Source: Turneriella sp. (GTDB lineage: Bacteria; Spirochaetota; Leptospiria; Turneriellales; Turneriellaceae). Taken from it: DNA of 64,000 bases. The DNA is taken from NCBI GenBank assembly GCA_965279515.1, contig CBDIID010000003.1, positions 1,504,001 through 1,568,000 of the forward strand, in the 5' to 3' direction. Both the position numbers and the translations under genes were made by a program. Positions 1 to 9,092 of the stretch are shown piece by piece (the stretch's first letter is position 1; the number at the start of each line of letters is the position of its first letter). The notes beneath the pieces were generated by a model. It was not told the DNA's origin. It ran no database searches and saw only the letters and a program-made list of their open reading frames with translations.

Positions 1-54
1 TGACCCACCGCACCACTTTGGTTTTCGTTGCGTCAAAGATTTACCGGAAAAACC

Positions 55-996
55 ATGATTACAAATTTCAAACAACTCGAAGAAAAAATCCATTCTTACC
101 CACCGCAGAAAATTTCTGTCGCCTCGGGTTCAGACTCAGAAACACTGCACGCCGTTACCATGGCGCGCGACCGCAACATTGCCACGGCGACGCTTGTGGG
201 CGACGCACGCGTCATTCACGAGACTGCGGAAAAAGAAAACATCAAGCTCGACGGCCTTGAAATCATCGATATCGCCGATCCCGTAAAAGCAGGCTTGGCT
301 GCCGTACGCCTCGTGAGTGAAGGCAAAGCGCAGATTTTTATGAAAGGGTATATCCACAGCGACGATTTTCTGCGCTGCGTGCTCGACAAAGAAATCGGCC
401 TGCGCACCGAGAACCTGCTGAACCATATTTTTATTCTCGAAGCCACACACCTCGGGCGCTTGCTGTTTATCACCGATGGTGCAATGAACATTGCCCCCAC
501 GCTCGAAGACAAGGCGCGAATGATCAGTAACACGGTGGCGCTGGCGCAGCTCTTCGAAATTGAAAAACCCAAGGTGGCGGTGATCTCGGCCGTCGAAGTG
601 GTGAATCCCAAAATCAGCTCAACGCTCGAAGCGGCGGCGCTCGCCAAGATGAGCGATCGCGGCCAGTTTCATGGCGGCATCGTCGATGGCCCGCTGGCAC
701 TCGACAATGCCATTAACCCCGACGCGGCGAAATATAAAAAGATCGGCGGCGTTGTTGCGGGTTATGCGGATATCCTCATCATGCCTGACATTGTCAGCGG
801 CAATGCCGTAGCCAAGTCGTTTGCGCATATCACCGGCGGTACGACCGCAGGCCTCATCTTCGGCGCCAAAGCCCCTGTTATTTTACCGTCGCGCTCTGAT
901 TCGAAAGAATCCAAACTCGCGGGTATTGCCTGCGCGGTCTATGCTGCGGGTGCGAATGCGCAAAAGCGCGTCAAGATCGGGAAAGTCCACTTCTGA
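55..996 (+). CDS. Phosphate butyryl/acetyltransferase (PTA_PTB family)
   Basis: Motifs MKGxxxS, TDGAMNIAP, VDGPLALDNA, ADILIMPDIVSGN and PVILPSRSDS; ATG at 55; upstream of acetate kinase. Confidence 0.88.
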   Translation: MITNFKQLEEKIHSYPPQKISVASGSDSETLHAVTMARDRNIATATLVGDARVIHETAEKENIKLDGLEIIDIADPVKAGLAAVRLVSEGKAQIFMKGYIHSDDFLRCVLDKEIGLRTENLLNHIFILEATHLGRLLFITDGAMNIAPTLEDKARMISNTVALAQLFEIEKPKVAVISAVEVVNPKISSTLEAAALAKMSDRGQFHGGIVDGPLALDNAINPDAAKYKKIGGVVAGYADILIMPDIVSGNAVAKSFAHITGGTTAGLIFGAKAPVILPSRSDSKESKLAGIACAVYAAGANAQKRVKIGKVHF

Positions 997-2039
997 AAAT
1001 TCTCGTCATAAATTGCGGATCGTCCACCGTTAAGGCGGACGTCTTCAAGATCGAAGGCAGCTCGCTCGTGTTCCAGGGAAAGGTGCTGCGCGAAAAATTC
1101 GCCGGCTTTGAAACCGCAGTTGCCGAAGTTATTGCCGATTTCGCCGCGCAGGGCATACTCAAAGCCGATGAAGTCGCTGCCATTGGTCACCGTGTGGTGC
1201 ATGGCGGAGATAAGTTCAGCTCTCCGGTGCTGATTAACGAAGCGGTGCTCACAGCCGTGCGAGAGCTATCCGTTTTCGCACCTTTGCATAATCCGGCAAA
1301 TCTTGCAGGCATAGAAGCCTGCCTCAAGCTGTTTTCCGTGCCGCAGGTAGCGGTATTCGATACGGCGTTTCACCAGAGCATGGCGGCGGCGCAATACACC
1401 TATGCTATCCCCGCGGCGCTGACGAAAAGATACGGTATCCGCCGTTATGGCTTCCATGGCACTTCGCATGAATATGTAACCCGTGAATGCGCACGCCAGA
1501 TGGGCGTCCCCTACTCTGAGTTTAACGCGATCTCGCTGCATCTCGGCAACGGGGCGAGCGTCTGCTGCGTGCGCGGCGGCAAGAGCATCGACACGAGTAT
1601 GGGATTTACCCCGCTCGAGGGTTTAGTTATGGGAACGCGCAGCGGCGATATCGACCCGGCTATGGTTCTGTTTCTGCAAAGTGCGGAGAAACTGTCACCT
1701 GAGGAGGCCGATAACCTGCTCAACAAGAAATCCGGCTTGTTGGGTCTCTGCGATACCAGCGACATGCGCGAGATTCTGGAGCGGGCAGATGGCGGTGACA
1801 GTAAAGCGGCACTTGCCATTGATGTCTTCTGTGCGCGTGTGCGCAAATATCTCGGTGCCTACCTGACCTACGGTAAACCCGACGCGCTCATATTCACCGG
1901 CGGCATTGGCGAAAACGCCGCGCTGATCCGCGAAAAAATCTGCGCAAACCTGGAACACCTGAGTCTTGCCCCCGTGCTTGTGATTCCGACCGACGAAGAA
2001 CGCATGATTGCCATGGCCACGTGGCGGCATCTGGGTTAA
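993..2039 (+). CDS. ackA: Acetate/propionate kinase (probable CTG start)
   Basis: GHRVVHGG, APLHNP, VFDTAFH, YGFHGTSH, HLGNGAS, SMGFTPLEG, GTRSGD, FTGGIGEN and IPTDEE; the N-terminal KILVINCGSST lies in frame from CTG 993, upstream of the track start. Confidence 0.92.
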   Translation: MKILVINCGSSTVKADVFKIEGSSLVFQGKVLREKFAGFETAVAEVIADFAAQGILKADEVAAIGHRVVHGGDKFSSPVLINEAVLTAVRELSVFAPLHNPANLAGIEACLKLFSVPQVAVFDTAFHQSMAAAQYTYAIPAALTKRYGIRRYGFHGTSHEYVTRECARQMGVPYSEFNAISLHLGNGASVCCVRGGKSIDTSMGFTPLEGLVMGTRSGDIDPAMVLFLQSAEKLSPEEADNLLNKKSGLLGLCDTSDMREILERADGGDSKAALAIDVFCARVRKYLGAYLTYGKPDALIFTGGIGENAALIREKICANLEHLSLAPVLVIPTDEERMIAMATWRHLG

Positions 2040-2539
2040 ACTTCAAACGTCGTGAGCTGCAACAGCCTGCCTTCGAAATGGGCGATGAGGTCCAGCGCCC
2101 TGGCGCGCGGATTTTCAACACCCTGTCGGGTTAGATTTGCCACCAGTAAATCAAAGAACCCATGCCGGTGCGGCATGATAATGCTGCGGATTTTCGCATT
2201 GCGCGATGCCGCGAGATAGATTTCAAAGCGCGCCAGCGTAGCGTTCCGCGATGCGGGTGCCGACCACAATTTCAGCAATCCCTCTGCGTCGACCGTACCA
2301 TCGGCGCTCATGACCCCTTGCACGTCTGCGCGGTCGCTGGCCACGAGGCTCTCGATCGCAGCTCGCCAAAGCGCATCGCGCGTACGGAAATAATACGAAG
2401 TCGAGCCCTCGGGCATCTTTAAATGTTTATCGACCGCGCGGTGCGTGAGTCCCTTCGCCCCCTGGCGGGCGAGTATGCGGATGCAGGCCCCTGCAATGGC
2501 GGCCCGGCGATCGGTGGGTCGCTTCGTTTTCAATTTCAT
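2036..2539 (-). CDS. TetR family transcriptional regulator
   Basis: HTH GLTHRAVD...PEGSTSYYFRTRDAL. Confidence 0.88.
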   Translation of the reverse strand: MKLKTKRPTDRRAAIAGACIRILARQGAKGLTHRAVDKHLKMPEGSTSYYFRTRDALWRAAIESLVASDRADVQGVMSADGTVDAEGLLKLWSAPASRNATLARFEIYLAASRNAKIRSIIMPHRHGFFDLLVANLTRQGVENPRARALDLIAHFEGRLLQLTTFEV

Positions 2540-2576
2540 GTAGACGGCCTGACAGGCCCCTCTGCCTCGTCAAACA

Positions 2577-2592
2577 CTCTACAAATGTAGAG
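2577..2592. promoter_or_regulatory. Putative TetR operator
   Basis: CTCTACA-AA-TGTAGAG inverted repeat between divergent tetR and hydrolase. Confidence 0.7.
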
Positions 2593-2601
2593 GATAATCA
2601 T

Positions 2602-4356
2602 ATGCGGGGTACTATGAAAAAAATACGGGAATTCTTTCTGGGTTTAATGTCTGTCTGGCCGATACTCAGGCGCGCTTTAGCCACGCGGCAGTTTTTTTCG
2701 GCGCAGTGTCAGCTCAGCGAAGCGCATCCGGATGTTCTGGCCGAATGGGATATCCACATTCCGCTTGCCGACGGCACCTTTCTGCTGGCGCAGATTTTTC
2801 GCTCGAAGCGCGCAGAACAAAATGGCGAAAGCGTGCCGGCGATTGTCTGCGCCCACCCGTATGACAACCACCTGACTCCGGCGCAGGGCAATACGCCGTT
2901 CGGCGGTGCCCCGATTCAATACCGCCTGATTCCGCAGGTCGGTAAGCCGCGGTTTTCCAAACAAACCAGCTGGGAGGCACCCGATCCGAATTTCTGGATT
3001 CCCGGGGGATATTGTATTGTGAATATTAATTTACCGGGCTATGGTGGCAGTTCGGGCAAGGCGACGGTATTTTCAGACCACCAGACGAATGCCTACTACG
3101 AGGCCATCGAATGGGTTGCGCGGCAACCCTGGTGCAACGGCAACGTGGGTCTCAACGGCGTAAGTTTTCTCGCGATCACACAGTACCGCGTCGCCGCCGA
3201 TCGCCGCGGCGCACCCGCCGCGCTCAAGTGCATCGTGCCATGGGAGGGTTTTTCCGACATTTACCGCGATGTGCTGTGTCCGGGCGGTATGGAAGACCAG
3301 GGGTTTGCGCGCTTCTGGTGGACGACGGAAGTGAGACCGGCGCTCACGGGCTCCACGGCGGAATTTATCCGCAACAACGGCGGAACACCGCCCGATCTCA
3401 TGGCCGAACATCCGTTTCTCGATTCTTACTGGCAGGAAAAAATTCCCGACCTCGAACGCATCCGCGTGCCGATGCTGGTGTGCGCATCTTTCTCTGACCA
3501 CGGCCTGCACACCACGGGGTCATTCCGCGCCTTTGAGCGCGCCGGGTCAAAACACAAATGGCTTTATACGCACCGCAGTGGTAAATGGGATGTCTTCTAC
3601 AGCGACGAAGTGCAGCGCCTGACGAAAGAGTTTATGGACTGTTTCCTGAAAGGTGAAACCGGGAACGGTTTTCTGCAGCGTGCGCCGGTAAGGCTTGAGG
3701 TGCGCGCATCACGCGACATTGTGCATGCTGTGCGCGAAGAGCATGCATGGCCGCTACCGCGTACCCAATTTAGACCGCTCTACCTACAGGCAGAAAATGG
3801 CGGATTGCTCTCTGTGAAACCCGCCGCTGACGCTTTCGCAGAGCATGACGCCGTATCGGGTCGCTCAGAGTTTTTCTACAAATTCGCCGGCGACACAGAG
3901 CTTACGGGGCCAATGAAACTGCGTTTGTGGGTCGAGGCTCAGGGCTCTTCGGATATGGGTCTCTTCATTGCAGTCGATAAGCTCGACCATGAAGGAAAAT
4001 CCGTACGGTTCTATGGCTCTGTAGGCAATAGGGAAGACATGGTGACGCGGGGCTTCTGCCGCGCTTCGCGGCGTGAACTCGATGAGACCCGGTCAAAACC
4101 TTACCAGCCCGTAATCTCCGGGCAATCGGAACAGCCGCTCAAGGCCGGTGAAATTGTCGCCGTCGATATTGCACTGGAGCCGAGCGCAACTTTTTTCCGC
4201 AGCGGCGAGTCATTGAAGCTGATTATTTCGACGCGACCCGCGGTCTTCTCTCCGCCCTATGCAAAGCAGACGTCTTATAACCGTGGCAAACACAGGATAC
4301 ATACGGGCGGGAAATATGACTCGTTCTTACTAATACCTGTGGTGCCCCACGCATAA
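2602..4356 (+). CDS. CocE/NonD family hydrolase (peptidase S15)
   Basis: HPY, EAPDP, GxGGSSG, IEWVARQPWCNGNVGLNGVSF, and C-terminal ELTGP jelly-roll domain. Confidence 0.88.
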   Translation: MRGTMKKIREFFLGLMSVWPILRRALATRQFFSAQCQLSEAHPDVLAEWDIHIPLADGTFLLAQIFRSKRAEQNGESVPAIVCAHPYDNHLTPAQGNTPFGGAPIQYRLIPQVGKPRFSKQTSWEAPDPNFWIPGGYCIVNINLPGYGGSSGKATVFSDHQTNAYYEAIEWVARQPWCNGNVGLNGVSFLAITQYRVAADRRGAPAALKCIVPWEGFSDIYRDVLCPGGMEDQGFARFWWTTEVRPALTGSTAEFIRNNGGTPPDLMAEHPFLDSYWQEKIPDLERIRVPMLVCASFSDHGLHTTGSFRAFERAGSKHKWLYTHRSGKWDVFYSDEVQRLTKEFMDCFLKGETGNGFLQRAPVRLEVRASRDIVHAVREEHAWPLPRTQFRPLYLQAENGGLLSVKPAADAFAEHDAVSGRSEFFYKFAGDTELTGPMKLRLWVEAQGSSDMGLFIAVDKLDHEGKSVRFYGSVGNREDMVTRGFCRASRRELDETRSKPYQPVISGQSEQPLKAGEIVAVDIALEPSATFFRSGESLKLIISTRPAVFSPPYAKQTSYNRGKHRIHTGGKYDSFLLIPVVPHA

Positions 4357-4363
4357 GCCAGGG

Positions 4364-5251
4364 TTATTTTCGTGTGGCGAGAATAACACCGGCGACGACC
4401 ACCAGGCCACCGATATAATGGTGCGCGAAAAGCGGCTGACCCCGGGTAAAAGCAATCGCGAGCGCGGTCACGGGAATTAGGTTCACGAAGACCGAGCTGC
4501 GCGCCGCACCGATGAGACGGACGCCCTCATTCCAGGCAAGGTAAGAAACCCCGGTTGCGAGAATGCCCAGGTAAGCGACACCGAGCCAAAAGGGCATGCT
4601 CGACACCCAGCGCCAGCCGTCAAATTGCCAAACGGCCATACCGGCCTGCGGTGGCAGCGAGAACAAAACAATCGCCGCGGTAAATACCGTCGCCGGCATT
4701 TTCGAGAGAATATCGCGGCTGCGGATCGAATAGATCGCCCAGACCAGCGGCGCGCCTAAAAGAATTAAATTGCCCGGCCCCACTCGGAGCTTGAGCGCCT
4801 TCTGAAGGTTGCCTTCGAACACGATAAAGGCAAGCCCGGCAAAGGCGACAGCAATGCCCAGCCAGCGCAGCGGCGATACCTTTTCCTTTTTCCAGAGCGC
4901 CGCGAGCAGCGTCGTCATAACAGGATTTGCAGCGATGATAAGCGAGCCGGTTGCGGGTTCAGTCAGACCCATGCCATACGTGAAGAAGATATTGTAGCCA
5001 CAGATACCGATCAGGGCGAGCAAAACAATCTCCGCAAAAATTCCAGGCTGGAATAGGCGCCGGTAATTTTTGTTCTGAAGCAGAAAAGGTGCAAGGATAA
5101 GCGCCGTCAGCGAAAAGCGCGCTGTGAGCAGCACAAACGGCGGGGCTTCCGCCAGGGGATATTTAATGACATGGAAGACACCGCCCCATAAGACCGAGCT
5201 CAGGGTCAGGTAAAGATAGGCTGTCCCGGGAGATTTTGCATTATCAGTCAC
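4364..5251 (-). CDS. DMT/EamA family transporter
   Basis: About 10 TM helices; LWG, ARF, ANPVMTTLLA, GAARSSVFVNLIPV; GTG start chosen at 5251. Confidence 0.88.
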   Translation of the reverse strand: MTDNAKSPGTAYLYLTLSSVLWGGVFHVIKYPLAEAPPFVLLTARFSLTALILAPFLLQNKNYRRLFQPGIFAEIVLLALIGICGYNIFFTYGMGLTEPATGSLIIAANPVMTTLLAALWKKEKVSPLRWLGIAVAFAGLAFIVFEGNLQKALKLRVGPGNLILLGAPLVWAIYSIRSRDILSKMPATVFTAAIVLFSLPPQAGMAVWQFDGWRWVSSMPFWLGVAYLGILATGVSYLAWNEGVRLIGAARSSVFVNLIPVTALAIAFTRGQPLFAHHYIGGLVVVAGVILATRK

Positions 5252-5310
5252 TCTCTCAGAATTCAATTTTGACTTGACGCGGCAAGCCATTTACTTTGAC
5301 ATCAAAACAA

Positions 5311-5736
5311 ATGGAGCAAAAGCGGATTATCCACCTGCTTTCGCGCACGCGCGATCGCGTACAGAAACACTTCCAGCGCGAGATCGACGCGCTCGACCTG
5401 GGCAACATCGCCCCCGCGCATGGCTCGGTATTCTATGCGCTGCAGCCAGGACCGCAGTCGATGCAAGACCTCGCCCGCCTGATCGAGCGCGATAATTCGA
5501 CAGTCACAGCGCTTGCCGATAAACTCGAAAAACTCGGCTATGTTAAGCGCAGCGTTTCAGAGCACGATACGCGTTCGAATATTCTGCGTTTAACAGATAA
5601 AGGCATGAACGCCACGCCCAAAATCATCGCCGCCTCGCAGAAGATCGTGGGAGAAATTTTCACAGGCTTTTCGGGCAGCGAACGGCAGGAACTCATGCGG
5701 CTTTTGGGAAAAGTTTATGCAAATATGGAAGATTGA
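5311..5736 (+). CDS. MarR family transcriptional regulator
   Basis: DLARLIERDNSTVTALADKLEKLGYVKR...DTRS...LTDKG. Confidence 0.9.
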   Translation: MEQKRIIHLLSRTRDRVQKHFQREIDALDLGNIAPAHGSVFYALQPGPQSMQDLARLIERDNSTVTALADKLEKLGYVKRSVSEHDTRSNILRLTDKGMNATPKIIAASQKIVGEIFTGFSGSERQELMRLLGKVYANMED

Positions 5737-5750
5737 TTTTTTTTGGAATA

Positions 5751-5768
5751 TATTTTGACGTCAAAATA
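5751..5768. promoter_or_regulatory. Putative MarR operator
   Basis: Perfect 18-bp palindrome TATTTTGACGTCAAAATA; variant TACTTTGACATCAAAACA at 5292-5309. Confidence 0.7.
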
Positions 5769-5780
5769 AATGGAGGGTAT

Positions 5781-6170
5781 ATGACAACGGAAGAAAACAA
5801 AACTACGGTGATGGCACTGTTTGCGGCGATCAACGCGCAGGACGTCGGTAAGGCCGGGGCGCTCATGGCTGATGACCTGAAATGGTGGATTATCGGCCGC
5901 GCCAAGGTCTCGGGCGAGAAGGATAAGCGGACGGTAAGCCTGTTGTTCAAAATGATTTTTCGCGGGTTTAACAGTTTTGCGTTCACGATCCACGAAACCA
6001 CGGCGGAGGCCGACCGCGTGGCAGTGACTGCAGAATCACGGGGTGAGCACAAGAGCGGTAAGAAATACAATAACCATTACCACTTCTTGTTCTTTCTGAA
6101 AGACGGAAAAATTGTCCGCGTCAAAGAATACTTCGACACCGAACACGCGATCTGGCTTGAGGCGGGTTAA
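5781..6170 (+). CDS. SnoaL-like / NTF2 family protein
   Basis: GGAGG RBS then ATG 5781; ADDLKWW, AEADRV, YNNHYHF, VKEYFDT. Confidence 0.85.
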   Translation: MTTEENKTTVMALFAAINAQDVGKAGALMADDLKWWIIGRAKVSGEKDKRTVSLLFKMIFRGFNSFAFTIHETTAEADRVAVTAESRGEHKSGKKYNNHYHFLFFLKDGKIVRVKEYFDTEHAIWLEAG

Positions 6171-6523
6171 CCGAGCAGGGCACGTAATTCCCGGGCGCTG
6201 GCAACGTTAGAACCGCCGAGCTGCTCATAGACGAAGAGAATCTTGATGCCACTTTCGGTGATGTCATAATAACCTTCACCGATATGCTCGCGGTGAGAAT
6301 AGATAAAACCCAAGCTACCCAAGTTTACGTTCGGGCAGGGGTCCCAGAAGTTTTCGAGCCAGTCGGCCAGCGCTCTGATTTCGTCCGCTGTTGCGGCAAT
6401 GTTCTTCGTCCAGATTTCGCGCTCAGCGTCGCAAAGCCGGGCTGTGAGTGTTAGCTTGCCCGCTGCGATATCCGAAGGACGCGTCAGCTCGAGAAAACTG
6501 CCGCCGTCGCCAAAAAACTTCAC
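6167..6523 (-). CDS. Hypothetical protein
   Basis: 118-aa ORF coupled (GTGA overlap) to the upstream gene. Confidence 0.55.
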   Translation of the reverse strand: MKFFGDGGSFLELTRPSDIAAGKLTLTARLCDAEREIWTKNIAATADEIRALADWLENFWDPCPNVNLGSLGFIYSHREHIGEGYYDITESGIKILFVYEQLGGSNVASARELRALLG

Positions 6524-7026
6524 CGCGCCTTGGGCTTACGGTATAACACCGCCGCAATCGCAGACAGAATCACGCCGCCCATGCCCATGAAGAGAAACAG
6601 CAGCATGTACGTGGGGAAATCCCCGTTAAAGCTCATATCAAACTGGCGCATCTTGGCCGCCAGCAGTTCGGGGGCAATTTTTGCTTCGACCAGTTTCTTC
6701 TCGAAGTAGACCCGGTAGGTCGGGTAGAACTGGGGATTGATGACGTGCTGGTAAACGGCGATGAACAGGGCAAACGCCCCGGAATAAAACACAGAATAGA
6801 GAAACCCATTGCGGAACGCGATCAGGAAATTGTGCTCTTCGCCGGCACGCGCGCGCATCTGCACAATGGTGAGAAAGATGGAACACCAGAACAGAATCGT
6901 CACGGCATTGCGTGTAATATCGCCGATGTCGTGGCGGACTGTATTATAGCCAAGTGCGTGATTGACGAACACGCTGATGATCGTCAGAATGAGGGCAATC
7001 CCCAGGTTACGGAACATGACTCGCAT
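6520..7026 (-). CDS. Membrane protein, DUF4199-like
   Basis: 4 TM helices; F..GF..S and Y...INP.F pattern. Confidence 0.6.
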   Translation of the reverse strand: MRVMFRNLGIALILTIISVFVNHALGYNTVRHDIGDITRNAVTILFWCSIFLTIVQMRARAGEEHNFLIAFRNGFLYSVFYSGAFALFIAVYQHVINPQFYPTYRVYFEKKLVEAKIAPELLAAKMRQFDMSFNGDFPTYMLLFLFMGMGGVILSAIAAVLYRKPKAR

Positions 7027-7031
7027 TTATT

Positions 7032-7092
7032 TCTCCATGATGCACGAGGCATCGTGGAGACGGCGCGCACGGATGCGCTTCATACCGTCTCC
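7032..7092 (+). repeat. GGA-loop nested hairpin element at pyrE 3' end
   Basis: GGAGACGG-C-GCGCACGGATGCGC-TTCATA-CCGTCTCC overlapping TCTCCATGATGC-ACGAG-GCATCGTGGAGA. Confidence 0.65.
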
Positions 7093-7655
7093 TTAAATTC
7101 ACTAGCCTTAAAGACCGGCAACAGATCGACGCCGTGTTCGGCAAGGGCCGCAGCCCCGCCCTCTTCGCGGTCGAGAATACAATACGCCTGGCGTACGATA
7201 AAGCCGGCCTCTTTCATCGCGGCAAATGCCTTGAGCGTTGAGCCGGCGGTGGTGATAACGTCGTCGACAAGAACACAGGGTGTATTTGGGTCAATCCCCT
7301 TCAGCATCTCAATTCGTTTGCCCGTGCCGTGGTCCTTCGCTTCTTTGCGCACAATCGCCGGAATCAGGCGTGCGGGACTTACAACAGTGAGACAGGCGGC
7401 GTAAATGATGGGGTCTGCGCCCATTGTCAAGCCCGCCGTCACGACTTCACCAAAATACTGCTGCGCAATTTTACCAGCGATGACCCGGCCTGCGAGCGCG
7501 AGAAACTCGGGCTGCAACAAGGTCTGTTTGAGGTCGAAATAATAAGGGCTTTTTTTGCCCGAGGCCAGTGTAAAAGGCTCTTCGTGGTTCTCGCGGTATG
7601 AAAATTTTCGGATCGCTTCTTTAAGAGCGGCCTTATCGGCTTCGAGGCTCTGCAT
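7080..7655 (-). CDS. pyrE: Orotate phosphoribosyltransferase
   Basis: FTLASGKKSPYYFD, GLTMGADP, VRKEAKDHG, LVDDVITTAGS. Confidence 0.95.
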   Translation of the reverse strand: MQSLEADKAALKEAIRKFSYRENHEEPFTLASGKKSPYYFDLKQTLLQPEFLALAGRVIAGKIAQQYFGEVVTAGLTMGADPIIYAACLTVVSPARLIPAIVRKEAKDHGTGKRIEMLKGIDPNTPCVLVDDVITTAGSTLKAFAAMKEAGFIVRQAYCILDREEGGAAALAEHGVDLLPVFKASEFKETV

Positions 7656-7691
7656 ACGGCAAGGCTGAATCTTGTGACGCGGCGAAAACCC

Positions 7692-8456
7692 TTAGATATA
7701 TCCGCTGAGTTTATAAGCCATGAGCCCCACCACTTCGCGCATCGCCGTGGCAAAATCACCGATGCCCTGCGCCGAGGGGAAAAAGGATTCCGGGAAAGTG
7801 CTGTGGTCCGCGGCCTTAAAATCCACCGGAAACGGAATCACCTCAAGGCCGACCTTTTTGAAACAGCGCACCGAGCGCGGCATATGGAAGGCCGAGGTCA
7901 CGAGCACGACGTCCTTAAATTTTTTCTCCTGGATGATCTTGAGCGACTCGACCGCGTTCTCCCGCGTGTTGCGCGAATTGCGCTCGGCGAGGATTTTCTC
8001 CTTCGGAAAACCCAGTCCCACTAGATAGTCTTTTAGCACATCACCCTCGCGCAGGCCGCCCTGCAGCATGAGCCCTGACCCACCGCTGATGAGTATATAG
8101 TCGGCGCGGCGCTTCAGCACCAGCTCGAGCGCGGCGGTCAGGCGATCGACGGCGTCGTGGAATTCGGGCCGCCCGCCGCGCAAGGTATTGGCATCGATCA
8201 TACCCCCCAGCACCACGACGACATCCGCCTTATTCATTTTTTCGGTCACGGGCACATCATAGCGGTTCTCGAGCGGCCGCATGAGTAGGCCAGAACCGAA
8301 AGACGTCGAGCAAAACCAGGCGATGGCCCAGACCAGAAGACAGATCTTGCGCGTGCGCCCGGTCAGGCGGCGCAGAAAGACGAAAAGCAGAAACAGGAAG
8401 AAGAGCGTGACCGGCAGAAATAGTGCGGCAAAAACCTTCGAGAGAAAGAAGAACAT
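7692..8456 (-). CDS. YdcF/DUF218 (ElyC-like) protein
   Basis: VVVLGG, ISGG, SRNTRENA, LVTSAFHMPRS; start uncertain (8456 or 8468). Confidence 0.88.
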   Translation of the reverse strand: MFFFLSKVFAALFLPVTLFFLFLLFVFLRRLTGRTRKICLLVWAIAWFCSTSFGSGLLMRPLENRYDVPVTEKMNKADVVVVLGGMIDANTLRGGRPEFHDAVDRLTAALELVLKRRADYILISGGSGLMLQGGLREGDVLKDYLVGLGFPKEKILAERNSRNTRENAVESLKIIQEKKFKDVVLVTSAFHMPRSVRCFKKVGLEVIPFPVDFKAADHSTFPESFFPSAQGIGDFATAMREVVGLMAYKLSGYI

Positions 8457-8545
8457 GTTTTCTGACATAAAAAGATACGGGACCAGTAAATCTTTTTTCA
8501 GGTCAGTTGTTCTTGCTGCGCCCATGGGTTTCCCGCCCATGACGC

Positions 8546-8938
8546 ATGAAAAGATTAATTATATTCTCGCTCTTCTGTGTCCTGCCGGTTTTTACCGCTC
8601 CCAAAACTGAATTATTCCGTGGGAAAATTCTTTCGGTCGAAGACGACTATTGCAGCAAATCGGCAGATTATGTTCTGCAGGCAGCACTCGCTTCAGAAAA
8701 ACAGGGCACTTTAATGCTGGCCTTGGCGCCCAAATGGTATCTGCATACGCGCAAGATTGAGATCCGCATAGGCGCCGACGCCGAAGTGCGGGCATTCAGG
8801 CACAGCGACGGCGTCTACCATGTCATCAACATCAAGCTGGGCAACAAGGTCTATGTTCTACGTGATAAGGAAGGCCAGCCCGTTTGGAAAGCGGAACCGG
8901 GCAGTGAAGATTTATCCAAAACGATCTGTAAGAACTGA
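8546..8938 (+). CDS. Secreted hypothetical protein
   Basis: Signal-peptide-like N-terminus; LAPKWY...LRDKEGQPVW OB-fold-like pattern. Confidence 0.6.
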   Translation: MKRLIIFSLFCVLPVFTAPKTELFRGKILSVEDDYCSKSADYVLQAALASEKQGTLMLALAPKWYLHTRKIEIRIGADAEVRAFRHSDGVYHVINIKLGNKVYVLRDKEGQPVWKAEPGSEDLSKTICKN

Positions 8939-8998
8939 AGTCGCATCGCGGTTTTCATTGACCGCCTGTATAAAAATCAGGATTTTTCTCAGGTTAAA

Positions 8999-9072
8999 GC
9001 GGCTGTAGCTCATTTGGATAGAGTATTTGGCTTCGAACCAAAGGGTAGCAAGTTCGAATCTTGCCAGCCGCA
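8999..9072 (+). tRNA. tRNA-Arg (anticodon UCG)
   Basis: Cloverleaf: GCGGCTG/CAGCCGC acceptor, TTTGG-CTTCGAA-CCAAA anticodon arm, GCAAG-TTCGAAT-CTTGC T arm. Confidence 0.95.
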
Positions 9073-9092
9073 AAAAAAAAATCGGCTACCGA

